DNA of 62,295 nucleotides, filler included, from Globobulimina sp. (GCA_003354225.1; 10 parts of 10 records of this genome joined end to end with filler, not necessarily neighbours in it), one strand, 5' to 3'; positions 43,802 to 57,376 are shown, counted from the whole stretch's first letter. Notes: generated by a model from the sequence alone, not told the origin. Numbers and translations: made by a program.

Positions 43802-46800
43802 TTGCAGTTTGGATCAAAAGCGGAGTGCGGTCGTTGCTATGATTCTGTTGTAAAACAGAGACAACGCAATAAAATATCAACAACATTCCAAACAAAAACA
43901 GACGCTGAATATCAAAGCAGTACTGGTGATATTAAAACAATAATGAAATCGAGATGGCTCGTTAGAAAAAGCACGTTAACATCCCAGAGCAGCACAACTG
44001 AACATATCATGGCAGTGATGATACCCGATAACAGCATATCAGACACTCCAAATGATGAAACAAAACATTTAATGCCTTATAAAGGGAGTGTAACATCAAA
44101 ATCGCCATTGACAATGACTAAATTATGGACTTCAGCTCCAGCTGATGACCAATCGAAATATATTATGCCAGCTATCTCTGAAAGTCATTCTATATTACGC
44201 AGTGACAATAGCATATTGTCAGATGATGGAAAGGATGATCATTTATATTCGGATTGGACAGTTTATGGGGAACGACATTCAAATCATAGCCGCGGGAAAT
44301 CGTATATTAATGTTTCTGCGACAACAACGGAAACACATGTTGGATATTCTAAATTTGACGACGGAGTGATTGCTGTTGCTAATATTATACAGCAAGCGAG
44401 CACGCAGAATAATAATAAATTGACGTTACAGTGCAAACTAATTGGACAAAAATCACATTCGATGCAACCGTTTCAGGTCGAAAGTAGAGATGAAAGATTA
44501 TGTGTTTTGGATAAAGATAAGATAGAAACATCGCATTTCAATGTATGGCATAAATGGATGATTTTATTGCAAGCAAAATATGAATATCAGTCTGTGTTTG
44601 ATGGTCAACCATTTAAGAATATTATACGTTGCGTTAAAAGACATCCTCAGTTATTGTTTACTATTCGTTTTGATAATTACAAAACAAAAATGCAAAATAA
44701 AAAACACGATCATGTTATTCAATCATTATTTAGTTATTTGTTATCAATACAATGTCAAAGTCATGCAACATTAAAACTGAATTGTAATTGTACGAATGCT
44801 GCAGCATTCACAAAATACTCTTATTACTTATTAATGGCTGTGTTGCGCGATAAAGCACACAATTCTGCAAATAAAAATATATTAACGTTTCTTAGAAATA
44901 CGAAACAGAATACATCGAAAACAGCGACACAAATTTGTTGTTTGTTACCTGCTGCATTGCAAAATGATTCTTATTTTACTGAATATCACAAATATATTAA
45001 AGAATGGATAGATTTTGATTTTTATGTGGTTTTATGCTCAAACTGTTGGTGTTTAAATAATACAATTGTGATTAACCGAATATTCCATTATGCCGTGAAA
45101 AGTAACAATTGTAGAATTTGTGGTTTTTGTGGTACTCTCTCAAACAAAAAACCCTTAAATCGACCGCCAATGTATGTTTTCCACTATGTTGTTTTATATA
45201 TATTTCCGGCAAAAACGTATTGTATGTACCCAACAGTAAAAAACAAGCGAAAGATTTTTATCAAGATTCAGAAATAAAAGAAGGTGCAGGTTTAGATACA
45301 GTATGTGACTATGTACGTGTTTATCCGTTAATTATTGACCAATACCAAAATCTGTAGGCTTTCAACGCAGAACAATATGTAAATTATCACATTGGTAACT
45401 TTATCAGATACAAAGTATTATCTCCGCGCTTTGAATCACTGATTAAAGAATGCACATTGAATGATATCTGGCCAATTTGTAAAATAAAATTCAATCAATA
45501 TTTATCAAACGCGCAAAGGTGTCACAATAAAATCTGTTCCATTGTCGTAGCGACGAAGGATGCGAAAGAATACGGCATTGTTAAATATGCGCCAATTGAT
45601 GTTGCACATGTTTTGGTACTAATTATTTATACGGAAGAAATACTTTATTCACAATGTTTCACAAAATCGTTTTTATCATTAAATTGTAATTGTACCGATC
45701 CAGATATGATAATTAAAAATCATTGTAATAATTGGTATTGGTTTGGTAGATATATTTATGAAGCGATTGAATTTTATGGTGAGCCATTTGACGGATATTC
45801 AGAGCATGAATTATATGAAGGGTCTGTGACACTGTTTAATTTTGATTCATTTGCGTTTCCAATTAATTTTCCGCGATCAATAGCCATTTTAGAGAGTACA
45901 GCACAACAATTTGCGGGTGATAGAGGCATTGTAATTCAATTAATTCCAAAATATAATTATGTATTAAATAATATAAAGTGCATTAATCCTTGTTTGGTGT
46001 CGAAAGAATATGATCAAGAAATGAGATTATTATTTGGTCATCACGGTGCTGTACAAATACAAGATATAAAATTAGGAGCAAATAAAAATCATTCTTTACA
46101 GAAATATATTGCCGCATTGTGTTATTTGGAGAAAATGTTATCTCAAACAATATTTGATACAACATTTTATAATGCGACACATTTATATGAGGACCAAAGT
46201 AAAGTTCAATTTATATTGCTGCAATTAATTAGAATCTGCGTTGACTTACAAAAAATTAATTTCTCTGAAACTGCAGTAAAAGGCGTTGTTAATCATTATT
46301 TACCGTCAAAAGAGAATGACAAAGGTTTTATGTATGTTATCGATATGATGAGATATTGGTGCAATAAAACGCAATTTGTCACATTTGAAGCATTTAAAAC
46401 AGAAATTGTTCATTTAAAGCCTGGATTAATGGAGTTTTTCATTGACATTAAATCAAAACAAATAAATATTTACAATTTGCAATTATTATTACCAAATATT
46501 AAATGTTTTAGAAATTTTTATAATAAAGTTCAATTTGTACAGATTCCCAATGAAAACGAAAACGAAAATGGTATGGATGATATAAAATATGAGCCTGATC
46601 CTGAATGTACAACAATACCACAAATACTTCCTGGTTCCGCTAAACATGAAGTTCCAAACTTTGTAATCAATGCACTGCATAAAGTATCTTCATTTAACTT
46701 TGAAAATATTGAACCCCCAAAATTTAACTTTGACAAAATTTTACCAACATCCGTTACATCGACAATATCGCCGCATGTTCAAGAGTTTAGCTTAAAATTT

Positions 46801-49800
46801 AAAGATGATTTGATGGCGTTTCATGGACCAATATCAAAATCCGTTGATGCAACACTTCAGGATTTTATTGATGTGGCCAACAAAATTGATTGGGGGGATG
46901 AAAAAACTGGTATTGAATTAAGCGGTATTTTATATAAAACGTTATTGCGTGATACTGAACGTACAAAACCATGGGAATGCAAATATTGTAGGTTTATAAA
47001 TAGAAAGATGATGGTTGGAGGATATTTCAGATTTTATAATCGACTCAATTCTTGCGGATTGTGTGGCAATTTAAGAATCGCCAAATATAATGTTGTAAGC
47101 AACTGCAACAAACGCAAAATTAATGCAACAATTAGTGGTCGCACAATTAATAACACGTTAAAATTACCACCGTATATAGTGAATCATTGGAACAAAATCA
47201 AGCAAAGAGAGTGTAAATTTAAAAACAATCAGATCTATTTAGGTCTTTGTGATACATCCAAAATGATACAATTATTGGCAGCTACTGTCCATGTTATTAA
47301 TACAAGTGTGTTAACCGAGAATATAGACAAAATTGCGGAATATTTTGAGAATGAAGAGTTGGATGGCAGAGCATTTATAGCAATGGGAAAAAAACAATTT
47401 GCCGCACGTATTGTCAAGACGCTTAATAATAATAAAAGAGCGATTGGTAAATTAAACAGATTATACGTTAAAATCATGGAAATAAATATAAATTGCAATG
47501 CGATGAAGCGCGTAGCCCTTATTTTAGAGAATTTTGGTCGATTAACTAAATGTGTTAAGTAAATGTATTAAATCATATCAGTTTGTTGATATGTAATAAT
47601 TATTAATATGTATTTAGTCAATGTACAAAAATGGGAGATATGCCCATCGATGGAGTCAATTTATATCAGAACTGGACAAGTATGGAAATGGTCGCTTAGT
47701 TGACGATGTTCGACATAATTTTGCTCACAATGAAAATTTTCCGTATTTCTTGGCTCAACAACCATATTTCAAATGCACTGACGACAGTTTGCACTGTATT
47801 CATGTGACTCGTACCCAACGTGTACACAATGTTCATGAGTCGTTGGTGCAGCAACAACAACACTATCAATCAAATGATTGGAAGGATTTCGTTTATATTA
47901 AATATTTAGATGCTATACACTCAGCAGTACTACATAATGTATATAATGATAGAAAATTATGCCAATCTGCCAGCACAATAAAAAAGTATGGAACATATAA
48001 AATTTATCAAACTGGTGTTTTAATTGAATATGAGGCCTCATCGCCTTTATATCACAACTTGAAAGAAGAAATGATTAATAATTCAGTATATACCGTCAAA
48101 GATGCTGAATTTGACGATTTTGTTAAGGACGCACACGAAAATATGGAATCACCGAAATGGAACCAACAAAGTAACGAATTAATCGCAACGAAAACCGATG
48201 AAAGATTCGCAGTAAAAATTGGTGATCATTTATGTGTTGAACATTTAATTTGTATCAGAGCATACTGCAGCAAATCAACATTATGCAGAAAGTTTCGTGA
48301 ATCCTATCGATCACTGGATTATGATGATAATAATACAAATATTAAAACGTATCATAATAATAATTTTTATTGGATTGGTAGGTTTATCTATATTGCAATC
48401 ACATTTTTTGGGAAAACACCCATCAACAAACAGAAAGAAACATTTTATCATGGATTAAGTGAACAATTTCTTTTTAATGAATTTAGCACTATTTTCGAAA
48501 TCCCGACCTCGACCACAACAGATCCGACTGTAGCAAAAAATAATTTTACTGATGGAGGCATTGGCATTGTATTAGAACTGGCACCAAAGTTTAATGAAGC
48601 AAATCTGAGTAAATGTTTAGATGTATCAATAATGAGTGGGTATCACCGTGAGAATGAGAGATTATTTTCTGGCATGACAAACACTTTGGCAATTGTCGAT
48701 ATTCAATTTGCTGCAGGAAAGCAATGGTATAAATCAAAAAAACATTGCGAAATGTTTTTGTATTTTGAACGAATCACTGAACAAAGTATATATCAACGGG
48801 ATTTCTATAATTATGGTACAATACAAAAACATGGTAAAGTTGCGACGGAAATGGATATTAAAAATTGGAAGAAATGTCAAGCGACACATCTTTATCCATT
48901 AATTGAGCATCAAATGAATAGAAACAAAGTTAATTTAAATGATAAAATAAGGAATATTAATATTGGAGGTGAATTGATGTATATTTATGCATTATTTGAA
49001 CATTTTTGTGATTCAAAAAGAGATTATATTAATTTGACATGTATTCAACAAGAAATGCAATTTATGAGTGATAAAATTAAAAATATATTGTTTAAGACTG
49101 TGGATGACTCAAACTCATTCATTGATGATTTATGTATCGTTAAAATTAATGAAGAATCGTTAAAATTAATATTTCCAAATTTAAAATCATATAAAAATCA
49201 TTTAAATGAATGGAAAGCATTGAAACGAAACACAGAGGATATCGCTATTGAAGATAGTGAAGTATATGAAGATGATCATAAATTTGAACATAAAAATGAA
49301 TTGCATACAAATAGAAAAAGAAAAGCTAAACAAAATCAATTAGAAAAAGAGAAATATATCGGCAAATTAAAAGTTATCATGAAATCAATCTATCAAAAAA
49401 CAGATGACGATGATATAAAATCGAAAAGAAATAACGACGACACACCAACAACAATGGATAGTTTTGAAGGAATTGAAATTGATGAAAAGAAACAAAGTGA
49501 GAATAATACAAAACTTGATCAATTTTTTTGTGTACAAACAGCAGATGATATTGAAAGTATAGTAAATAAATATAACGATCAAACTAAAGATCGAGCCCGT
49601 AATTATTGGTTTATTGGCAAAAAAATAGCAGAATATTTTAATAAACCCAGTTTTTTTAATGATCATAATACTGTGGTGGTTGTATCCGAAAAGGATAAAT
49701 TACCACAAATATCGGATAATCATTGTTCTGTAAACAAATTTCATCAAATTTTAAAAGATACTGATGGTAATTTATGTGATTTTGACGTAATGATTTATAG

Positions 49801-49850
49801 AACCATTGGACATCAAACATTAAATAGTAAATACAAAGAGAATGCAGCAG
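43802..49850 (+). CDS. Giant multidomain protein with two ART-like domains and C4 zinc-finger-like motifs; introns 45172-45236, 45301-45357 and 47554-47617; ends truncated
   Basis: The introns join the three long ORFs in frame; degenerate ART (LYEG...PRS...QEMRLLF) and intact-looking ART (FYHGL...PTSTT...ENERLF); CSNC...CGFC and WECKYC...CGLC. Confidence 0.75.
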
Positions 49851-49950
49851 NNNNNNNNNNNNNNNNNNNNNNNNNNNNNNNNNNNNNNNNNNNNTTAATT
49901 AATTAANNNNNNNNNNNNNNNNNNNNNNNNNNNNNNNNNNNNNNNNNNNN
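49851..49950. other. Artificial contig spacer
   Basis: N44-TTAATTAATTAA-N44. Confidence 0.99.
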
Positions 49951-51117
49951 AACTATTATATCATCAATATCCGAACATTCAGTAACAAACTCATCTTTAA
50001 GTGCTGCTGATATTTTATTGCTATCACTCGACTTTCTGCGTTGTCTGCGATGGACACTCGGCGGCGGCGTCGAATTGCGATGTTTTGCAAACTGATTAAT
50101 ATTATTATTATTTTTATTCTTTTTATTGGTTGGTCTCAGAAAATGTGGTACGTTTTGCCTCCACGGCTTTTGTTGAATTAATTTAAATTCATAAACAACA
50201 TTCGTTACAATTTCAATCTTGTCATTATTTTGTATTTCTGCGCTTTGATTGATTGCCAAAACCGGCTCTTTGTCGTTGATGGTCATATCATTCACTTTGG
50301 AGTTCCTCTGTTATTTATTTTGTTTTTTGTGTAAACGGATTGATTAATTTTAGAAGTTTGTAACTTGGATGTTTGTGAGATTCAAACTGAAGTTGTGATT
50401 AATTGTGGCATGTTTCGCCGATATGGCACTTCTTATGGAGGCGGGCCAAACTTTGCGATCATTCACATTCCATCTCCTCCCAATCACAAATGGCGAGGTA
50501 CAAATATTGAATGTTGGCATATTTGCGGTTAACGGCATTAGTTTTGCGTAACAATAAAAAATGCCAACATCGTTATTATTATTTTTAGAGACAATATTTA
50601 TGTTTAATTTGTTTTTGCAGCGCCAAATTGTCGGATAACTGCTCAGTTTGTTTGGGTATTTTGGCGTAATTATAACATTTGGAGAGATCAACGAAAACAA
50701 TGCAAATTCCCAAAGGAAAATGGATGGATTTGATGCTTGATTATGACTGAAACGGTGCAATTTTGTGGCAATTTCATCAATATTACCAATGGCCAAACCA
50801 TTCAAATATTTTGCTTGATTTATTTCCTTTTTATTATTTATTTTAATGATATTTAGTAATTTGGCGACTGCTTTGAGCTGCGATGTGGCGCAATCCATCA
50901 AACCAATGATTTTGCCGTTGCTCAATGAGTCGCAGTTGCGTAATAAGTATTTTCTGCGATTTACAATGAATTGGGCGATGGTCACCGTGTCTGGCATTAG
51001 GATTCGGTCAATCTGATCCAATGCGGCTAGGCGTTGCTTGAAGGAGTTGGCCATTAGCACACTGTTTTGAGGTAAAAAAGGTAACTTTGGTTTCGATGCT
51101 ATGATTGTTATCACCAT
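49951..51117 (-). CDS. FHA-domain-containing protein, intron 50308-50364, 3' truncated
   Basis: FVIGR...ISAKHATI...IQ|RNSKVN...IQNNDKIEI matches the FHA GR/SxxH/N pattern. Confidence 0.65.
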
Positions 51118-51282
51118 CTCCCTGCTGTGCAGTGCGAGGATAAATCTAAAAGATAATTCCTCGAAATCAAAGTACGAGAAGTATTCAAAAATATTAATTA
51201 CAAAAAATACATCATACTATTAACAAATATAAGATAATGAAACAAACTGTACAAAAAAGAAAAATTTATTTACAGAATTGAG

Positions 51283-52140
51283 TTAATTTGAAATTAATTC
51301 TATTTCTTCTGAGGTTTGATTGCATTGATCATCCGGTTGCGGCTGCGATTGTGGTATTACTTCATATTTAATCATATGCTGTTTCGTAGCAGATATTAAA
51401 TTATGTGCCGCAAATAATCTGCTGTTAACAATACATTTTGCGATATGAACGTAAGAAATGCTCCAAATAATCATAGTGACGCCGGTCCAGCACCAAATGG
51501 AATATCCCTCCGGACCAAAAAACCAACGCAATGAGATATACAATACCAACATACACAAATTCGGCACAAATAAAAGCCATCGCGGTTTGTATAGAATTAA
51601 TGTCAAAACCACTGGCAGCAAATAGCAGACATAAAAAAAAGCTTCAAATAAATCATCATTTAGCAATACAAAGGTTGGAGGAGACCAAACCTGATGGCCG
51701 CGTTCGCCAACAAATATGCATGGTTTTATTGTCTCGGAGTTGTAAAAACAAAATGGTAAAATCTTCAAAACGAAATAAAAAACAATTTCCAAAGCATACA
51801 AATATTTGAAGACAATATTTTTGATCCATTTTGTATTGTTCATATTGCTTAAGATTGTCGCGTAAGATACGTATGAAACAGATACAGGAATCGTGCCAAC
51901 AATGATAGAAATGATGAAAAAATTAATTTTATTCAGGTTATTGCAATTTGATTCTGGTTCAGGTTCATTGCGATCAATTCCAAATTTCCAGACAACGAAT
52001 GAGCAAAATTCTTGAATTACCACAGGTATTATCACCAATAACAGATACCGATCAATATACAGGTTTCTGCGGAACAAATATATTGAACATAAAATATCAA
52101 ATAAAAAAAAAGCTAATGACACTTCCCAACTCCAACACAT
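51283..52140 (-). CDS. Multi-pass membrane protein of the MCWS-start type (DUF5765-like)
   Basis: MCWSWEVSL, QE, GHQVW and SIWCW motifs, about 7 TM helices. Confidence 0.6.
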   Translation of the reverse strand: MCWSWEVSLAFFLFDILCSIYLFRRNLYIDRYLLLVIIPVVIQEFCSFVVWKFGIDRNEPEPESNCNNLNKINFFIISIIVGTIPVSVSYVSYATILSNMNNTKWIKNIVFKYLYALEIVFYFVLKILPFCFYNSETIKPCIFVGERGHQVWSPPTFVLLNDDLFEAFFYVCYLLPVVLTLILYKPRWLLFVPNLCMLVLYISLRWFFGPEGYSIWCWTGVTMIIWSISYVHIAKCIVNSRLFAAHNLISATKQHMIKYEVIPQSQPQPDDQCNQTSEEIELISN

Positions 52141-52302
52141 GATTCAAGTGTTCACACTTTAGGTTTTTTTTGATTAAATTTTTTATAGCTTATGGACGTA
52201 TGAATGTAATTTATGTATTAAACATCACGAATTTAAAACATGATGAGTTTAAATATATAAGCTCTTTAAATCAAAAATATGCATCCTTCGAATTCTGTTG
52301 AC

Positions 52303-54147
52303 TCAAATCGTGTGACACGGCTCAGCAGAAACAAGCTGTTGTCTCCAATCCACGACTTTGTTCCAATCATTCTCATCAAATCCATGGTACGTATGTTGAA
52401 ATTGTAAATATAACTCAGTGCTGTTAGATATATTCCAATAAAACTCCTCAAAAATACGGAAATCCTTTTGTTTGGCCAAACAATCAACAAATTCATAATC
52501 ATAAAGACCTGTCAATATCTGTTCCATTTCAGTTGCTATTTCTCGATGTTCCATGACAACATTCTGTATTTCTGACGGATCCACATTCAAATTAAATAGC
52601 TGCGCAGAATAATTCTGAAATGCCTTCAAATAATGACCATATTGAATATATTTCCAATCCCCTTTCCGTACCATAAACAATCCCGTATTTGCTTGAACAG
52701 CGTGGTATTGAGAGGTCACAAAATCAGGTCTCGTTCTATTTAAATGATCATTTCCTTGCTGCTCCGGTTCCATCAAAAATGGTTTCACCGAATACCCAGA
52801 CAACCACTGCGGCACAGTTCCTCCTCCGAGCTCAATCAAAGTGGGCAGGAAATCTATGCTTTGGCTCAGATTACGAACCAAAACATTCGATTTTATATTT
52901 GGACCCGCAAAAAACATAGGAATCCTCGCCACGGCTTCGTAGAGTGTGTTTTTCCATATTTGCCGATGTTCCATATTCATCTCGCCGTGGTCTGACAGGA
53001 AAATAAAAATAGTATTTGTTAAATTGAAGCCATTTTCAAAAGCACCGTTTATAACTGTTCCTAAAATGAAATCCGTTTCACTGTTCATTGCATAATATGT
53101 CTGGCGAACCATTTGGATCTCCGCCGCACTGAAATGGCCTGACACAGTTTTGGCGACAGTCGCAAAATAATCTGCGGGATGCATCGAGCTCTCATTAATC
53201 CAAATTGGAAGCGGTATATCTTTGGTGTCGACTTGTTTGAGCCATCTCGCATTGCTATAAAATGGCGGATGCGGTATATTGATACTACAATGTAACAACC
53301 ACGGCTTTGAAGGCTTTTTGTGTCGCAAATGCCGCAATTTCTCAATGCATACTGCAGCCGTCGTATAGTCGACTTTGGCCGTCGGTTCCTCGATGGTGTC
53401 GTTGGTGATGTTAACTGGCGTTTTGGTGCTTTGTGGCCGTACAATGTTGGCAGATCGACTACTTTCCGCCAAACGTGGTCCTTTATGGAATCCGGTGGCA
53501 TATCCAAAGCCATCCACAAACGTTTTCTGTATTATTTATTAATTTCATTGCTTCAGTTCCATTGAACTACACACCAATTTACAAAACTTAACTTGTTTGA
53601 TTCTCTCTGTTATATATCCGCCAATATCCAACTTGCCATACAAATAAACATCATATCCAATATGAGTCATTGCGTCCAGTAATGTGTAATTTAGTCCTTG
53701 TAATTTGGCCCATCTTTGACAAACCTCAATGTTGTAATAATGGACACAGGCTGGATCTAATAAATTCTGTTTGGAATCCATAGCTAAACCCATTTGATTG
53801 CCAAACGCTTTTATTTCATCAATACGCCTTCCCGTAAACAGGGCAACTCTGCCTGGCACACACTGCGGTGAATTGGTGTAATGTCTTATGAATGAGACTC
53901 CTTTGTTGGCCATGGCACGGAGGTTCGGCATATTCATCAGATTGTATTGATGTGCGGTGGGATCCATGTTTCTTCCATCCATGCTATCACACTGACAGAC
54001 AACAATTTAATTAACAGTATGTCCGTGTAATGCATATTGCAGTATGTACACATCGCATACCATTAAAAATATGATATTGGGCTGTGTTGACTGTGCCGAC
54101 ATCGAATGAATTATGCAGAGAATACATATGATCCATATCAGTTGCAT
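52303..54147 (-). CDS. ARSK: Arylsulfatase K-like secreted sulfatase; introns 53992-54060 and 53527-53592
   Basis: Signal peptide, PNIIFLM|CDSMDGR, SPQCVPGR (CxPxR), GKLD, PHPP, SDHGEMNMEHRQIWK. Confidence 0.88.
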
Positions 54148-54265
54148 GTTCGAAATTTAAAGTTTTTTTTTTGAGTATAAAGTTATCCAAATATTAATTA
54201 TCAAATATTTATAAATTTCAAAAACAACAGAAAAATAATAAAACATATATAATACATTAGCTTAA

Positions 54266-56081
54266 TCATACATAAGCCTTTTCCACCTCAACATGTATAT
54301 CAATAATCTTATTCAAACCATTCGCAATAATTGTAATATCACCTCCCGCGTCAACTGCTTGTTTAATATTTTCAAATAGATCTTGTTGTTCATTTCCTAA
54401 AACCAATGTAAGATCCTCATAATTGCTATCCAAGCACACAACACTTCTCTTCCCTTCATCAAATGAATCAAATTCATATTTTCGAACCATTTTCATTGCA
54501 TCCTCTTTTTTTCTTTCTTGAATATATTGATATAACCGCTTACAAACTACTTTATTGTTATTCATATCTAATAACTGACACAATTGCTCCACATTCTCGC
54601 AATGATGAAACAGTTCACCGTCACATACATCCACTTTCTCCATTGCACCAATGAATTTATCCTTTAATTTCTGTGGGAATTTAGCTCCTTTATTTATTGA
54701 ATTCACCCAATTAATGCAATCATTAACATCCCAATCCATCATATTTCTATCAACTTTAACAATTTTCCTTTTAATACGTTTAGAATTCTTGACTTGATCC
54801 TTTGATGTTTGTTTTGTTAACAATACCCTTTGTATTCCATGCTTTTGATCCAATATCTCGCAAGAAAAGCTATTCGAGGACCAGCCACCAATACTTCTTG
54901 CAAATAATATTTCGCATTCATCCGGAAACTTGGAGAGCCAGGAAACGTCACAACAATATACATTCTTATCATTTTTAAACAGCTCATCAATTTCTAATAT
55001 CATTCCTTTCTTACCCATAAATTTTGTTGCTACATGTTCTTGCCACGAGGTGCTGACATAGGTAATAAAATATCTGTCCTTCACCAATTTGTCCGGCAAA
55101 TACACGTTATTTAAACCCGCATATACCTTAATATTATCATCAATCAATAACAATTATTTTAAACAGATATATTATACAAAGGTAGAGGCAGATACGCATA
55201 TTAATATTGACAATATATGGAATGCAACAATTTTAAGATATATTTATAAAAACCATACCTTAAACTGACCAAATTCTTTTTGACTCAACGCATATATGGC
55301 CCAATACAAACAATAATCAAACCATTTCCATTTTTTATAATTGCCACTGCGATGTTGATATCCTATGTCGACGCAACATTTCTCGCTGCCTGTCATCAAT
55401 ACCAACGCCAACATTTGTCCTTTGGTCAAAGGCTTCCCCATTAAAACATGTCGTTTTGATTTCATCTTTCTTTTCACAATTTTTTCAACGATATATTTTC
55501 CATTTGCAGTCGGCCATAAATCATCTTCAAATCCATTACATTTCACTTCATTCATTAACTGATCATAAAACCCAGCTCCATCCTCGCGTCGTTTTAGTGC
55601 CGCAAACTCTTCCTCTGTCGGTATATATAATGGGCGATTTTCATATTTATTTGAGCTCATAATAAATTCTTTCATACTCGATCCCTTTTCCTCCTGTTTG
55701 ACATAGGTAGGAGGATGCCTATATAACGCCATATGACATTTATAATCAGTACGTATTTGACCACGTTCTGTCTCTTTGAATGCCTGACAATTTTGTTTAT
55801 GCGGACACAGCGGTTTATCACTAAATTCATCTTGAAAATGTGTCTCATCCTCAATATGCACCAAATACTCTTCATCAAATGCTTTATGTTCAATCATGTC
55901 GCGATAAATAGGACATATCATCGGATCTAATTTCTCCTCTTTCCCTTCTTTCTCATCATCATTGAGCATATATTCGCATGTGATGCACGACTGTATTGTA
56001 TGATGATAAACACCAGTAACTACCAAATATAATCCTTTGTTTTGTATAACATCCACGTTAAATGTATTCATTTTTATGTTC
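54266..56081 (-). CDS. PBZ-like Zn finger + ART-like domain + SAM + eIF5A-C-like domain; intron 55127-55258; 5' truncated
   Basis: Spliced FK|VYAGL...YVSTS...GMILE...DVSWLSKFPDECEILF; SAM-like WDVNDCINWV...DGELF. Confidence 0.75.
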
Positions 56082-56181
56082 NNNNNNNNNNNNNNNNNNN
56101 NNNNNNNNNNNNNNNNNNNNNNNNNTTAATTAATTAANNNNNNNNNNNNNNNNNNNNNNNNNNNNNNNNNNNNNNNNNNNN
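56082..56181. other. Artificial contig spacer
   Basis: N44-TTAATTAATTAA-N44. Confidence 0.99.
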
Positions 56182-57232
56182 CGGTATTGTATGCATTGAA
56201 CAGATCGTTCTTGCTTGGAAGAGTATTGCGTGTCAGCGCACTGTAGCGTGTCACTGACCAGAACAGTTCCACCCCTTCAGGTTTATAGGGGAAGACAAAT
56301 ACTTCAGACTTATCCCCGTTTAAAATTTCGTCATTGCAATTTGTGAAGTAGGGTGCGTAATAGGCATGATGAATGGGAAAACCAAGATGACCTACCATAG
56401 CGGCTGCACGATATTCAGGGTCATTGCTGTAAGGCTCTTGACTGTCAATTGGACCAAACATGCCGGCATTGCCGGTTGCAGCGAACTTAGGTGCAATGAC
56501 ACCTATATAGTTACTAACCCGTTTATAATCCTCTTTACTAAAATCTTTTGCTGAGGCGAGAATCTCCTTATTCTGAGGATAAACATCCTGTGTTTCAATT
56601 GTGTGGGATATTGGGTTTTCAATGGTCATCTCTTTGCTTATTCCTGTAAGTATAATTTTATCCTGAAGAGGATAAACTTTTTCCAAATCCTCGGGCGTTC
56701 TAACCTGAATACGAATGAAGAGATGCGGGTAATCCCCCGGGCTTTCAATCACTGTTACATTTTCAGGCACTGCCATATCTTTTCCTTTGCGTACCAAGGC
56801 ATACTTCCCAACAGGATGAATCTCATCATATATCGTATAATGTTCCTGGTCGGTAATATGAATGGAATAATATCTTCCGTCTGTTACTTCAGGCATCTCA
56901 ACAATTACAGGTCCTTCAGATAGATCAAGAACTGCTTTTGTGTAAATATGATCCAGTGCAGGCGTAACTACAGGGTCTGTCCCCTCAGTTGGTAATTCTG
57001 TGGTATGAAGCAGCTTGTTTGTTCCTCCTGCCTGTTTTGCCGTTGTAACCATATAAACCGCGTGATGATAAACTTTAAATGCCATCAGGTCAGCATCACT
57101 GGGCCGCTCTGGAGTGGTAACAACCTCTTTTGTCGCTTGAGCATCGGCTGCTACTTTGTCAGTTTGTGTGCTACAAGCCATGAACCCTAAAGCCATTACA
57201 ATGATAATTGTAATTCTGACTAGCGTTTTCAT
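56182..57232 (-). CDS. Bacterial DUF1254/DUF1214 lipoprotein (3' truncated)
   Basis: Lipobox FMA-C, VVTPALDHIYT, LDLSEGPV...P...GRYYS, FWSVTRY; AAGGAG SD. Confidence 0.85.
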
Positions 57233-57376
57233 TCTATCTCCTTTTTTGAAACTCTTAAAAAATAAAGCTAGGGCAACTTACCAGTGTGTTTAGTGATTTG
57301 ACCGCCCTTGTCGTTAAATTACCTTAATAGTTATATTAACTTTCCGGGTCCAATATTTCCAATTGGTTAAGCTGGG

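Noticed and set aside
6160-56181. Regularly spaced TTAATTAATTAA palindromes every ~6.2 kb
   Set aside because: Each is embedded in N44 runs and the contigs are size-sorted, so these are artificial linkers. ORFs ending in X/LIN are artefacts, and no linkage across spacers can be inferred.
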